Shown here: positions 25,338 to 34,110 of the stretch, one piece after another | How the letters are laid out: every line of letters starts with the position of its first letter | Numbering within the stretch: the first letter of the stretch is position 1 | IMG/VR virus record: IMGVR_UViG_3300032770_000004 | Location: 1-47,374 of that record | DNA length: 47,374 nt | Direction: 5' to 3' (one strand) | Origin: a virus | Translations under genes and position numbers: made by a program | The notes under the pieces: model-generated | What the model saw: the letters and a program-made list of their open reading frames with translations, nothing else | Told to the model about the DNA's origin: nothing | Database searches by the model: none

Positions 25338-25399
25338 TAGCCTAGCTTAGATCGGCACGGCGTCTAGCTAGGGCCGCTCGAAAATTGAGCCGTGCTTTC

Positions 25400-25471
25400 G
25401 CCCGTAAAAGATAGGTAGCGATCATCAAGCCTTGTAAACTTGAAAGTTCGGCGCAAGTCCGAATATGGGCA
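25400..25471 (+). tRNA. tRNA-Thr(TGT)
   Basis: GCCCGTA/TATGGGC; ctTGTaa. Confidence 0.7.
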
Positions 25472-25510
25472 CTCCTTGACAAAAACTACGTATTCAGTTA
25501 GACTCTAGCC

Positions 25511-25993
25511 ATGCTCTTCAAGGTCGAAATCCTTCGTGGAATCCCTGGTTCTGGCAAGAGTACTTTCGCCAAGAAGCTCATCGAAGCTCGCAGCAAAGAG
25601 CTGAGTCGCCCTCTTGTCGCATGGGTAGACTATGTCATCGTGTCCGCCGATCAATTCTTCGAGCGTGATGGCGAGTACAAGTTCGATGCGAAGGAACTTG
25701 ATTCTGCCCACAAGATGTGCCTCCAGAACTTCGAGGCCGCTCTTCGTGGCAACATTCCCTACATCATCGTTGACAATACCAATCTGTCAGCGTGGGAAAT
25801 CTCGCCCTATTACCTGCTGGCTGATGCCAAAAACTACAGCGTGCGGATCATTACTGTGCGCGCCCCGCCCGAGGTGGCTCACAAGCGTGGTATTCACGGT
25901 GTGACTTGGAGCAAGACCACCCGGATGTTCGAGCGCTTGATTAAGGGTGAGCAGGAAATGCCCTGGCACTGGAAGAAAGAGAACTACCCATGA
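25511..25993 (+). CDS. P-loop kinase (AAA_33 / N4BP2- or PNK-like)
   Basis: RGIPGSGKST, VSAD, IIVDNTN, KRGIHGV; behind TTGACA(25476)-17-TAGACT. Confidence 0.85.
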   Translation: MLFKVEILRGIPGSGKSTFAKKLIEARSKELSRPLVAWVDYVIVSADQFFERDGEYKFDAKELDSAHKMCLQNFEAALRGNIPYIIVDNTNLSAWEISPYYLLADAKNYSVRIITVRAPPEVAHKRGIHGVTWSKTTRMFERLIKGEQEMPWHWKKENYP

Positions 25994-26199
25994 CCGACTA
26001 TAAGACCACACTCCAACAGATCGCTCTATACGGCCTTATTGGGGCTATATGCGTTCTTGTGTGCGCGGTCTTCTTCGCGGTATGGGTCGCTTATACAAAC
26101 GCAGCCTGGGCCTGGGTAGGCCTGTTTATCGCGGTTTTTGTCGAGGGGTTCCTTTGGACGACTGTGGTGGCCGCTAAGGACTTGTTGACAAAATTCTGA
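25990..26199 (+). CDS. Small membrane protein
   Basis: Two hydrophobic segments. Confidence 0.6.
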   Translation: MTDYKTTLQQIALYGLIGAICVLVCAVFFAVWVAYTNAAWAWVGLFIAVFVEGFLWTTVVAAKDLLTKF

Positions 26200-26219
26200 G
26201 CTTTTGTTAGATTGTCATT

Positions 26220-26576
26220 ATGACGATGATTCAGAGCGCTGGCGAGCTGTTTCCCCTCCCAATCAGAAAGCAGGCAGAAAACATGGCTGCACACGTTACG
26301 ATGGAGACCCTCAAGGAAATCAACAAGCTGGGCCTAGGCGCCGAGGTCGCGGCTATGGCCTACTGCAAGTCCTTGTTCGACTTGGTGGCTGATCCCACGG
26401 ACTGGAAGGGGCCAATCAACAAGTTCATCGACTCCTGGCGCCTGGATTGCAGTCTGGAGGTGCTTTCCTACGCGATCCGCGCTCACACCGGCAACGACGA
26501 TCTCCAGATCGATGTGGTCGCTAACACCATTCACGTTCGTACGGCTGGCTATCGTGCTGGCCCCTGCGGTCCCTGA
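26220..26576 (+). CDS. Hypothetical protein
   Basis: Behind TTGACA(26185)-17-TAGATT. Confidence 0.65.
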   Translation: MTMIQSAGELFPLPIRKQAENMAAHVTMETLKEINKLGLGAEVAAMAYCKSLFDLVADPTDWKGPINKFIDSWRLDCSLEVLSYAIRAHTGNDDLQIDVVANTIHVRTAGYRAGPCGP

Positions 26577-26587
26577 AAGGAAGCTGG

Positions 26588-26773
26588 ATGAAGCGGAGGA
26601 TTGAATTCAAGGTTGGCGACAAGGTAATGACTCGTCGTCCTGACAGTCCTGTGATGACAATCCAGAAGCTTGCGCAGGGCATCAAGGGACCATTGGTGCT
26701 CTGCGCCTGGGGATCTCAGGCATGCATATTTACTGCCGCAGAGCTGATCCTGGCCCCAGACGGTTCGTGTTGA
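26588..26773 (+). CDS. YodC/DUF2158-like small protein
   Basis: FKVGDKV..SPVMTI..VLCAW. Confidence 0.6.
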   Translation: MKRRIEFKVGDKVMTRRPDSPVMTIQKLAQGIKGPLVLCAWGSQACIFTAAELILAPDGSC

Positions 26774-26864
26774 CAAAACCCCGAATCCGGAGCCTGTTGA
26801 CAAACCAATAGGCTCCATGTATACTCCTTCCATACTCGCAGGACTCGCAGGAGTGGATTGATTC

Positions 26865-27107
26865 ATGAGCCAGTATGCCCACGCATCCAGAGCAGCGATC
26901 GATCTCATCCTCGGGAGGCACACGAAGGTCGAAAACTATGGGTTACGAGCCTGTAGCGAAGATCGTGCCACTCCTGGCGATCTGTTGATCCAGCACATTG
27001 TAAATTCTCCTGGCAAAGAGCATCTGCTGCCGCTACCTAGCTGCGAGAGTTGCGCAGCGAAGGTGAAACAAGCTTTGGCCGATGTTGACATTCCCAAAAA
27101 GGCGTGA
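26865..27107 (+). CDS. Hypothetical Zn-binding protein
   Basis: C..C.SC pattern; downstream of promoter at 26797. Confidence 0.55.
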   Translation: MSQYAHASRAAIDLILGRHTKVENYGLRACSEDRATPGDLLIQHIVNSPGKEHLLPLPSCESCAAKVKQALADVDIPKKA

Positions 27108-27145
27108 TACTCTTCTTTCATACTCGCAGTTAAGGAAACAATCCA

Positions 27146-27483
27146 ATGCCCACCTCGCTTCCGAATGCCCGCCAGGACCTCATCACCGCCATCAACGACC
27201 TGCTCCTGGAGAAGCAGCACGGTTTGGCGCACAACCTGATTGATGCTCTCACGATCATCGACAATGTCAACAAGGCTCTTGACGGTGGCGAGCGCATGGG
27301 TCTCACCCAGAAAAGGAGCGTGACCTGATCTGCGGCGGTTTCTTCATCGACGCCATCAAGGCTCTTCGCGAGCGCACCAACATGGGCCTCAAAGAGGCCA
27401 AGGACGTCGTGGACGCGTACCACAAGAGCCTGACGTTCGCTGGTGTCGTTGGCGGTCAGAACACCTACAAGGAACCCCAGTGA
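27146..27483 (+). pseudogene. Ribosomal protein bL12 C-terminal-domain-like gene split by a -1 frameshift
   Basis: Frame 0 stops at 27328; the -1 frame from CAG AAA AGG reads ERDLICGGFFIDAIKALRERTNMGLKEAKDVVD. Confidence 0.7.
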
Positions 27484-27788
27484 GCACCTGTCCACACTGC
27501 GGTCATTCTGGTGAGCCAAGGTCGCATATCTGCCTTGGCCAGAAGCCTCCGGAGCAGAAGTCCAACCACACTCTTCTTGGTACACCGCTCATTCAGCAGA
27601 TTCAGCAGACCTGAGGAACATTGAAGTGATATCTGTACCGTGTCAGACATCCTTACGCGCGAAAGCCCCTTTGGATGGAAGTGTACGGTATGTGCAGAAT
27701 GCACAACGGGTGTTGAAGGTTGAGTTTGATATCGCTTCATTTTTGTCCTCCCGCAGTGATTCTTAATTGACAAGAAAGGAGATTAATC

Positions 27789-28145
27789 ATGGGCTTGGAT
27801 ATGTATCTGGTGGCAACGGCGGGTGACCAAGAGGTCGAGGTTGGTTACTGGTGCAAGGCGAATTCGATTCACGCTTGGTTCGTGGACAACTGTGCCGATG
27901 GGGTGGATGATTGCCAGCCCCATCCGGTGACCCGTGAGCAGCTGTCAGCGCTCCTTGCTCTTGTTGAAGCTGTCCGTAAGGATCCGTCGCGTGGCCCGGA
28001 GCTGTTGCCTACCCGAAGTGGGTTCTTCTTCGGAAGTACCGCATACGATGATGACTATCTTTTCGATCTCAGGTTGACCGCAAAGATTCTTGCCAAAGCT
28101 CTTGCGAGCGACTACTCCGATTTCTATTACCGAGCTTCTTGGTAG
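27789..28145 (+). CDS. Conserved phage protein (MGLDMYL..YWxKANxIHxWF family)
   Basis: Strong SD; motif common in phage proteins. Confidence 0.75.
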   Translation: MGLDMYLVATAGDQEVEVGYWCKANSIHAWFVDNCADGVDDCQPHPVTREQLSALLALVEAVRKDPSRGPELLPTRSGFFFGSTAYDDDYLFDLRLTAKILAKALASDYSDFYYRASW

Positions 28146-28208
28146 TTGACAAAACAAACGAGATCCGCTATCATTCTTCTACACTCGCAGTACCGAAAGG
28201 CAACAAAA

Positions 28209-28574
28209 ATGAACACCCAGACCAATACCCCGGCATTCAAGATGAACAACGGCATGCTCGCGTACGTGTCGGCGCAGCGCAACAAGGTCGCCAAGGCCGC
28301 TCCGAAGCGCAAGCTCTGCCCGGCCTGCAAGTCTGAGCGTGCGATCCAGTTCTTCGGCGTGCGGACCCACCGCAACCCGCTGACTGGCAAGCCGGAGCGC
28401 TTCAGCCTCCAGTCGTACTGCGTCGACTGCCGTGCGAAGGGTTCCAAGCCGGTGGCACGCAAGACCTCGGCCCCGAAGGTGGTGGCTCCCGTGCAGTCCG
28501 AGCGCCCGCTCGATGCAGTGATGGCTGACATGGTGGCTTCCGTGCGCCTTGCGCGGGCCGTTTCTCTGGTGTAA
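28209..28574 (+). CDS. Basic Zn-ribbon protein
   Basis: CPAC..FFG.R..LQSYCVDC. Confidence 0.7.
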   Translation: MNTQTNTPAFKMNNGMLAYVSAQRNKVAKAAPKRKLCPACKSERAIQFFGVRTHRNPLTGKPERFSLQSYCVDCRAKGSKPVARKTSAPKVVAPVQSERPLDAVMADMVASVRLARAVSLV

Positions 28575-28580
28575 AGTAGT

Positions 28581-28670
28581 GTGTGAGGTCCCACTGGGTT
28601 TGGGCTGCTCTCATCGTGAGCATGCAAAGGGTAACCGGTTGCCTCTCCGTTCGATTCGGAGCCTCACATT
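28581..28670 (+). ncRNA. Isolated tRNA-like element
   Basis: GTGTGAGG/CCTCACAT, D stem CCCA/TGGG, TGCTC-tcatcgt-GAGCA, long V arm, CTCCG-TTCGATT-CGGAG. Confidence 0.6.
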
Positions 28671-28704
28671 GAAGTTCCACCCGCAGTATTGAAAGGCAAG
28701 TCCA

Positions 28705-29049
28705 ATGTCGTCGTTCTACCTGAAGTCCAAGCGAACCCCCAATTCTGCCCGACCGAAGGGCGCACGCAACCTCACCCTTCGTGCCGAGAAGGCCCGTCGC
28801 CGCAAGGAAGCTGAAGCTCGTCAGGCAGCCTACTCGGCCCTCTCGCTCGAAGAGAAGATCGCCAAGGTCTTGGCGCGTGGCGGTTCGGCTCACGAGCTGG
28901 GAAAGCTGCTGACTAAGCAGCTGGAGAAGCAGCAGGCGGAACTGTCACTGCCCGGCCAGGGTACTGATCCACTCGCAACTCAGCCACAGCCCGAGAAGAA
29001 GCCGAAGCGTCAGCGCAAGCTGAAGGTCGTTGACACCGAGAATTCGTGA
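28705..29049 (+). CDS. Basic hypothetical protein
   Basis: GAAAGG SD; K/R-rich. Confidence 0.65.
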   Translation: MSSFYLKSKRTPNSARPKGARNLTLRAEKARRRKEAEARQAAYSALSLEEKIAKVLARGGSAHELGKLLTKQLEKQQAELSLPGQGTDPLATQPQPEKKPKRQRKLKVVDTENS

Positions 29050-29088
29050 AGCCGTAGTCAGTCCCACCCTAACCAGCTGTAAAACAAT

Positions 29089-29457
29089 ATGACAATCAAG
29101 AAGATGATGTGCGTGGACGACAAGCCCACGATCGTTGGTGAGCCGATGTACATTCACAAGGGCAGAATCTACGAGATCGAGTTCGAGGACAATCACCCGT
29201 ACGACAACATCGTGCGAGTGCTCAACCCCGATGATGAGGAGGACTTGCGACTGCTCAACCCTGATCGCGCCGCGCAGATTCGGTGGCCCGATGTCGAGCG
29301 TGCTCGCCAGGGATTCGAACTCGCCAGCTTGCTGCGGCGTTCGCCTGCCCATCTGACCCGTGAGCCGACGAAGGATGAACTCCTGAACGATCCCACGATT
29401 CGGCATCGCCAGTCGCCTCGCTACGGAGTGGAGCGTTTCGTCGAAGTCGGTTTTTAA
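29089..29457 (+). CDS. Hypothetical protein
   Basis: ORF with phage-like codon usage. Confidence 0.6.
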   Translation: MTIKKMMCVDDKPTIVGEPMYIHKGRIYEIEFEDNHPYDNIVRVLNPDDEEDLRLLNPDRAAQIRWPDVERARQGFELASLLRRSPAHLTREPTKDELLNDPTIRHRQSPRYGVERFVEVGF

Positions 29458-29476
29458 CCCTAACCAGAGAAAACAC

Positions 29477-29731
29477 ATGGGAATCAACAAGAGCAACAAG
29501 ACGGCAATGAAGATGATGGAGCACTGGACCACGGCTGAAACGCCCAAGGTAATGAGCGGACATCAGACTCATCGGCCCATCGTTCCGGGCGGTCGCGGTC
29601 TCAGCAAGGAGCAGCGCGGTGCAGGTAAGTACGACCGCGATGGTATCAAGCACAAGGTTCGGGCGGCTGCGTTCGCTGTCATCGCACAGAAGCGGGCGGC
29701 TCGTCGAGCAGCCGGTCAGAAGAAGAAGTAA
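29477..29731 (+). CDS. Small basic protein, weakly ArfA-like
   Basis: RGAGKYDR resembles ArfA KGKGSYxR. Confidence 0.5.
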   Translation: MGINKSNKTAMKMMEHWTTAETPKVMSGHQTHRPIVPGGRGLSKEQRGAGKYDRDGIKHKVRAAAFAVIAQKRAARRAAGQKKK

Positions 29732-29758
29732 ACCGTCGAGGCGGGTCCTCGCAGAAGT

Positions 29759-29794
29759 GCCCCCAGGAGGATAAGCTCCTGGGGGTTTTTGTTT
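29759..29794 (+). terminator. Rho-independent terminator
   Basis: GCCCCCAGGAG-gataag-CTCCTGGGGGT followed by T-tract. Confidence 0.9.
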
Positions 29795-29813
29795 GTGGTG
29801 TAATCTTTGGTCT

Positions 29814-31400
29814 ATGAGAATCCAAGGACTAAGCCCACATATTCAGCAGTATCTCGACGACGCTTTCAATCGCATGTTGCAGACTGTTGGCGGTCTTCCC
29901 AATCTCTCCCAGCTCGTTAGCTTGACTGATTCCACGTCGATCTATTCTGGTGGCAGCGAGACGTACTGGGTAGACTGTGTGAATGGCAACGACAACAATC
30001 TTGGCTCTCAGAGTCAGCCCTTTGCCACCATCAATCGTGCCCTGGATCAGATTCCTCTAGCTCCATTGGATCGATTCATCATTAATGTCAACGCGGGCAC
30101 GTACCATGAAACTCTAGACCTCAACTACATCTTCTCTGGTCTTCAGGGCTGTATTGACATTGTCGGACAGAGCTGGCTTCCAGTCACTCCTACTACTGGA
30201 ATCTCTTCCGGTACATTCGACGCAAGCTTTGGATCGCCAACCCTTCCAATCACTGCTTCTGTTACTGGTGCTGGATGGACTGCTTCTGACCTACGCGGCA
30301 AGTTTGTTCAAATCACGAGCGGCTCAAACAACGGCAAGGTTTTCCCGATTGCTGACAATACTGCGACCACAATCGATTTTGCTTTTAATGCAACTGGTGG
30401 TGGTGGATACAATCTTCGAAGCGCGACCTTCAATATCGTAACCCCAGGCGTTATCGTCGTCGGTACTCCTGGTTGGGATCATATCTTCTCTATCAACGGC
30501 TCGTCATTCTCTAGCTTCAGTACTTCGACTACATCTAGTTCGAACGGTGTTCGTTTCTCAAATATGGCCTTCAATCAGGGCACTGGATTCTATACTGGTC
30601 ACCGTATCGGAACTGGCGGTAACGTGCTTTTCCAGTCGTGCTATTTTGGTGTCGGGTCTAATTCCTATGCTTTCTTGACTGGATCTGGCGGCGCAAAGCT
30701 CGCGGCCAATGATTCCTACCTGGAACTCTCTGGATCTGGTGGTGGAGCAATCCTTCTAAGTCCGTATAATACCCTGAGTTTTCAGCGTGTTATTTTGAAC
30801 GGCGGTGCCAATGGAATCGCTGCTACTCAGTATAATGGCGCGGTAGGTATTAGCTTTACTGGTGTCATTCAGAATCAATCTTCCACAGGCATCTCTCTTC
30901 AGGGGGGCGGCTTGTCTGCGTATTCGGGTCTGATCATTCGAAATGTCCCTATTGGAGTTGAAGCCTATGGCGGCGCTGTAGTGGATATTTACACTTTCAA
31001 TGCTGGCGAAAGCGTGATTACAAATGTCACCAACGCTATTGTTTGTGCTCATACAGGTTTCGGTGCCAATGAAGGTGCTGGCAATAGGATCAATCTCGTT
31101 GGTGTTAAAATCACTAACTGCTCTGGTGATGGTATTGCTGTACAGGGATCTCACAACACCATTGACCTGGGTGCTAGTACGATTACCAACTGTACAGGTA
31201 AAGGTGTGAATCTCGGTGCCAGTGCAGTTGCTGGCTTGAATCAGTGCCTCAGTAACACCGGTCTTTCTATGTCATCGAATACCGGTGGAGACTTCTCGAT
31301 TGACGGGACTACTACTTTCAGCCTCGCTAATCTTCGTGCAGCTCCTAATAAGGCTGAGGTCGAGAACACCCTGCGTCTTTCGCGCGTCATCGAGCCCTAA
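29814..31400 (+). CDS. Beta-helix (pectin-lyase-like) tail fibre/tailspike-type protein
   Basis: YWVDCVNGNDNNLGSQSQPFATINRAL; repeated ITNCxGxGI rungs; GTAATCT upstream. Confidence 0.72.
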   Translation: MRIQGLSPHIQQYLDDAFNRMLQTVGGLPNLSQLVSLTDSTSIYSGGSETYWVDCVNGNDNNLGSQSQPFATINRALDQIPLAPLDRFIINVNAGTYHETLDLNYIFSGLQGCIDIVGQSWLPVTPTTGISSGTFDASFGSPTLPITASVTGAGWTASDLRGKFVQITSGSNNGKVFPIADNTATTIDFAFNATGGGGYNLRSATFNIVTPGVIVVGTPGWDHIFSINGSSFSSFSTSTTSSSNGVRFSNMAFNQGTGFYTGHRIGTGGNVLFQSCYFGVGSNSYAFLTGSGGAKLAANDSYLELSGSGGGAILLSPYNTLSFQRVILNGGANGIAATQYNGAVGISFTGVIQNQSSTGISLQGGGLSAYSGLIIRNVPIGVEAYGGAVVDIYTFNAGESVITNVTNAIVCAHTGFGANEGAGNRINLVGVKITNCSGDGIAVQGSHNTIDLGASTITNCTGKGVNLGASAVAGLNQCLSNTGLSMSSNTGGDFSIDGTTTFSLANLRAAPNKAEVENTLRLSRVIEP

Positions 31401-31434
31401 TTGACATTCTTTTGCGAAGTGGTATCATATTCGC

Positions 31435-32052
31435 ATGAGATACCTCGTTCTACTCCTTTTGTTGGGAGCTTGCGACCTTAGGCCCGTGGTATGTCAGACG
31501 CGTTGCGGCATGCAGTTGGTTGGCCCAATCCCTGCAAGGAACGATGGTGATGGTGGCTACTCTGGCGTGCCCTGGTGGACCTGTGAGAACTTCCAGAAGT
31601 TTGAAGATGATGCCTTCGATATTTGGCAGCGCGATGTGGTCGATCACGATCCACGTTTCAACCGTGACAACGCTTGTCAAGCTCTAAACGAGTATCAAGT
31701 AGCTGTCATGCCTGAAGAGTCATGGGTAGACCCCTCCGATGGACCTGTTTATGGCCTTACCGAGTGCTGGGCGCGTGACATTCAGGTGAATGACGTTCCG
31801 CCCTACGCAGGCAGCCTCCTTCACGAAATGTCGCATGCAGTTCAACAGTGCGATCCTCTTCCACCGATTCCACCATGTGATGGCGGCGCTGATTGTATCC
31901 AGGCCCAGTATCACGCCAATTGGATCCCCGATGGTATCTACCTTTCTGTCGATGATATGTACACCTATATCTACCTCGAACAGTGGAATGTCTGCCACCT
32001 TGGCCTACCTCCAGCCGATGGCGGAACTGTTGACGCAGACTTTTGCAACTGA
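31435..32052 (+). CDS. Lipoprotein with HExxH motif
   Basis: MRYLVLLLLLGAC lipobox; LLHEMSH; Cys-rich with DGG motifs; TTGACA(31401)-16-TATCAT. Confidence 0.7.
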   Translation: MRYLVLLLLLGACDLRPVVCQTRCGMQLVGPIPARNDGDGGYSGVPWWTCENFQKFEDDAFDIWQRDVVDHDPRFNRDNACQALNEYQVAVMPEESWVDPSDGPVYGLTECWARDIQVNDVPPYAGSLLHEMSHAVQQCDPLPPIPPCDGGADCIQAQYHANWIPDGIYLSVDDMYTYIYLEQWNVCHLGLPPADGGTVDADFCN

Positions 32053-32066
32053 TATGAAGCCCCCCG

Positions 32067-32234
32067 ATGAATGAGCATTTCAAAGAAGCACGAAGGTTAG
32101 CAGCACAACTCCAGGCCGCCCTCTCCAAGGTTAAGGAGATCGAGGTCGACAGCGTTAAACGCTACATTCCCAAGGCACAAGGCCTAGTGAATGACATTGA
32201 ACACCTGCTGAAAAAGGCAGAGAAGGACGTATGA
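32067..32234 (+). CDS. Small hypothetical protein
   Basis: 55-aa helical ORF coupled (ATGA) to 32231. Confidence 0.45.
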   Translation: MNEHFKEARRLAAQLQAALSKVKEIEVDSVKRYIPKAQGLVNDIEHLLKKAEKDV

Positions 32235-32578
32235 CCGAAGAAGAGAAGACGAGAATCCAAGGCGTAGTAAACGAGTCTCGAAAGGAAATGGCTCGTGTGT
32301 TTCATGACATGTCAGCCAAGCTCGCTGAGCTGTCTACCAAGGCTGATGTCATTTCAAAGGGCCTGCTAGAAAGCGATCCCCGCGTTCAAGATGAAATTGG
32401 CGAATGGGACAAGATGGTCCGAGACTTCAATACGTTGCAGACTGAACTCAAGGCAGTAGCCCTTGACGCTCTCCGCAATGCAATGGCATCAGCCCTTGAA
32501 AAGCTGAAGGAAAAATTGCATATTTCGAATAATGATGATGTAGTAGATGTACCTGATGACAAAACGAAGTGGAACTAA
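32231..32578 (+). CDS. Coiled-coil hypothetical protein
   Basis: ORF track. Confidence 0.65.
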   Translation: MTEEEKTRIQGVVNESRKEMARVFHDMSAKLAELSTKADVISKGLLESDPRVQDEIGEWDKMVRDFNTLQTELKAVALDALRNAMASALEKLKEKLHISNNDDVVDVPDDKTKWN

Positions 32579-32592
32579 AAGGAATACGAAAA

Positions 32593-33111
32593 ATGGGAAT
32601 GAATTTGGAAGATTTGTTGAGTATGTTGCAGTCGGGCGTTCCGGCTCCAACTAAGAGCGGAAGCAAGGCCGCGCGCGTTGCTGCAATCGCGAAGTTGATG
32701 CCTGAGATCAAGTTTGATCTGGACACCGTGAACGAAGAGACCAAGAAGCTTTTTGTTCGCATCGCTGAGCAGACCAAGCAGCTGGCCGAGCATGCGACTA
32801 CCTTGACTCAGGTTTTCAAGGATCACGCCGATCGCCGTAAGCCTGAGGGCGCAGCCGTTAGCGACGCACTTGAGAAGTTCTACGACGCTCTTGATGCTGT
32901 CGAGCTTGGCATCGGTGACTTCGACGTGCTGGTGAAGAAGTACCACAATGCGACCTGCTCGACCTGCTCGACCGACAGCACTGAAGAGAAGACCACGAAG
33001 AACACCACCGAGACCTTCCAAAAGTTCTTGGCTCCTGCTCTGACTTCCGGCAAGACCGACGAGGCTCCTGCCTTCGCTGATGAAGACGACAGCGACGAGA
33101 AGAAGGTCTAA
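32593..33111 (+). CDS. Hypothetical protein
   Basis: Highly biased codons; acidic tail. Confidence 0.7.
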   Translation: MGMNLEDLLSMLQSGVPAPTKSGSKAARVAAIAKLMPEIKFDLDTVNEETKKLFVRIAEQTKQLAEHATTLTQVFKDHADRRKPEGAAVSDALEKFYDALDAVELGIGDFDVLVKKYHNATCSTCSTDSTEEKTTKNTTETFQKFLAPALTSGKTDEAPAFADEDDSDEKKV

Positions 33112-33148
33112 GCTTGACATTTAGACCTTGCCGTGCATAGAGTAAGCC

Positions 33149-33703
33149 ATGAAACTAAACGATAAGATGCAAGTGGCGATGTACTTTGCGAACGCTATTC
33201 ACACCGACGCAAATCAGCTCTATGACGGCAAGGCCTATGTGACTCACCTTCAGGACGTAGTGAATGTCCTCATGGACTTCGATGTCACTGATCGCAGTAT
33301 CCTGGCAGCTGCCTATCTGCATGACATCATGGAGGATTGCAAAGTACCGCGATCTGTCCTTGATGAGCTGTTTGGTGTCGATGTTGGTATGCTCGTCTGG
33401 TGTGTGACTGATGAAGAAGGTGTTAACCGTAAGGAACGCAAGGCTAAGACTTACGGAAAGATCAAGGCGAATGATAATGCTGTTGCCATTAAGTTGGCGG
33501 ATCGCATTGCAAACGTCGAACATTCGATCCAGTCCAAGAACATTCGGATGTTCAAGATGTATCGTAAGGAGATGGCAGACTTCACCGCCGCCCTTTACAC
33601 CCCGAATCTCCTAGAGTCTATGTGGAATCGCCTACGTGAGGCGATTGCTGAGGGCACCCGAGTTTTTGATGCGCACCAAAACAGCAAGCCAGCGATTGCG
33701 TGA
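33149..33703 (+). CDS. HD-domain hydrolase (RelA/SpoT HD, Mesh1/SAH-like)
   Basis: H..Q.Y..KAYVTHL, AAYLHDIMED, VTD, IKLADRIAN. Confidence 0.85.
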   Translation: MKLNDKMQVAMYFANAIHTDANQLYDGKAYVTHLQDVVNVLMDFDVTDRSILAAAYLHDIMEDCKVPRSVLDELFGVDVGMLVWCVTDEEGVNRKERKAKTYGKIKANDNAVAIKLADRIANVEHSIQSKNIRMFKMYRKEMADFTAALYTPNLLESMWNRLREAIAEGTRVFDAHQNSKPAIA

Positions 33704-33854
33704 GCTGGTAAAGTATCACGCTAAAGAACATGGATGGGCTGCTGAGGTCACGGCTGCGTTTGCCGAAGTGATCAAACAGGTCGAGTTCCTAGAGAAGTCC
33801 GTGGAACGGCAAATCAAAGAATTAGGACAAGAACCTCATGATCCCAACGGATAA
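33669..33854 (+). CDS. Small hypothetical protein
   Basis: Fills gap between overlapping neighbours. Confidence 0.45.
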   Translation: MRTKTASQRLRELVKYHAKEHGWAAEVTAAFAEVIKQVEFLEKSVERQIKELGQEPHDPNG

Positions 33855-34110
33855 ACAGATCGAGGACATCCTGAATAGTCCGCACTATGCTGTTTTTGAA
33901 TACATCGATGAGAATGGTGTACTTTGGTATCGGACCTGGTGGTTAGATCGACACCCAGATGGGATTCTTTTCCTAAATGACTTCGCGTTTCCATTAGATC
34001 CTCATCGTATAATCGGCCTGAAGGTTTTCGCGCAAGAATTGCCAAGAAACCTCTCTCGTGATATTAGAGGGTATGTAGCAAGACTACGCGCAGAGGAGAA
34101 GAATGGATAA
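33838..34110 (+). CDS. Hypothetical protein
   Basis: ORF track. Confidence 0.55.
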   Translation: MIPTDKQIEDILNSPHYAVFEYIDENGVLWYRTWWLDRHPDGILFLNDFAFPLDPHRIIGLKVFAQELPRNLSRDIRGYVARLRAEEKNG

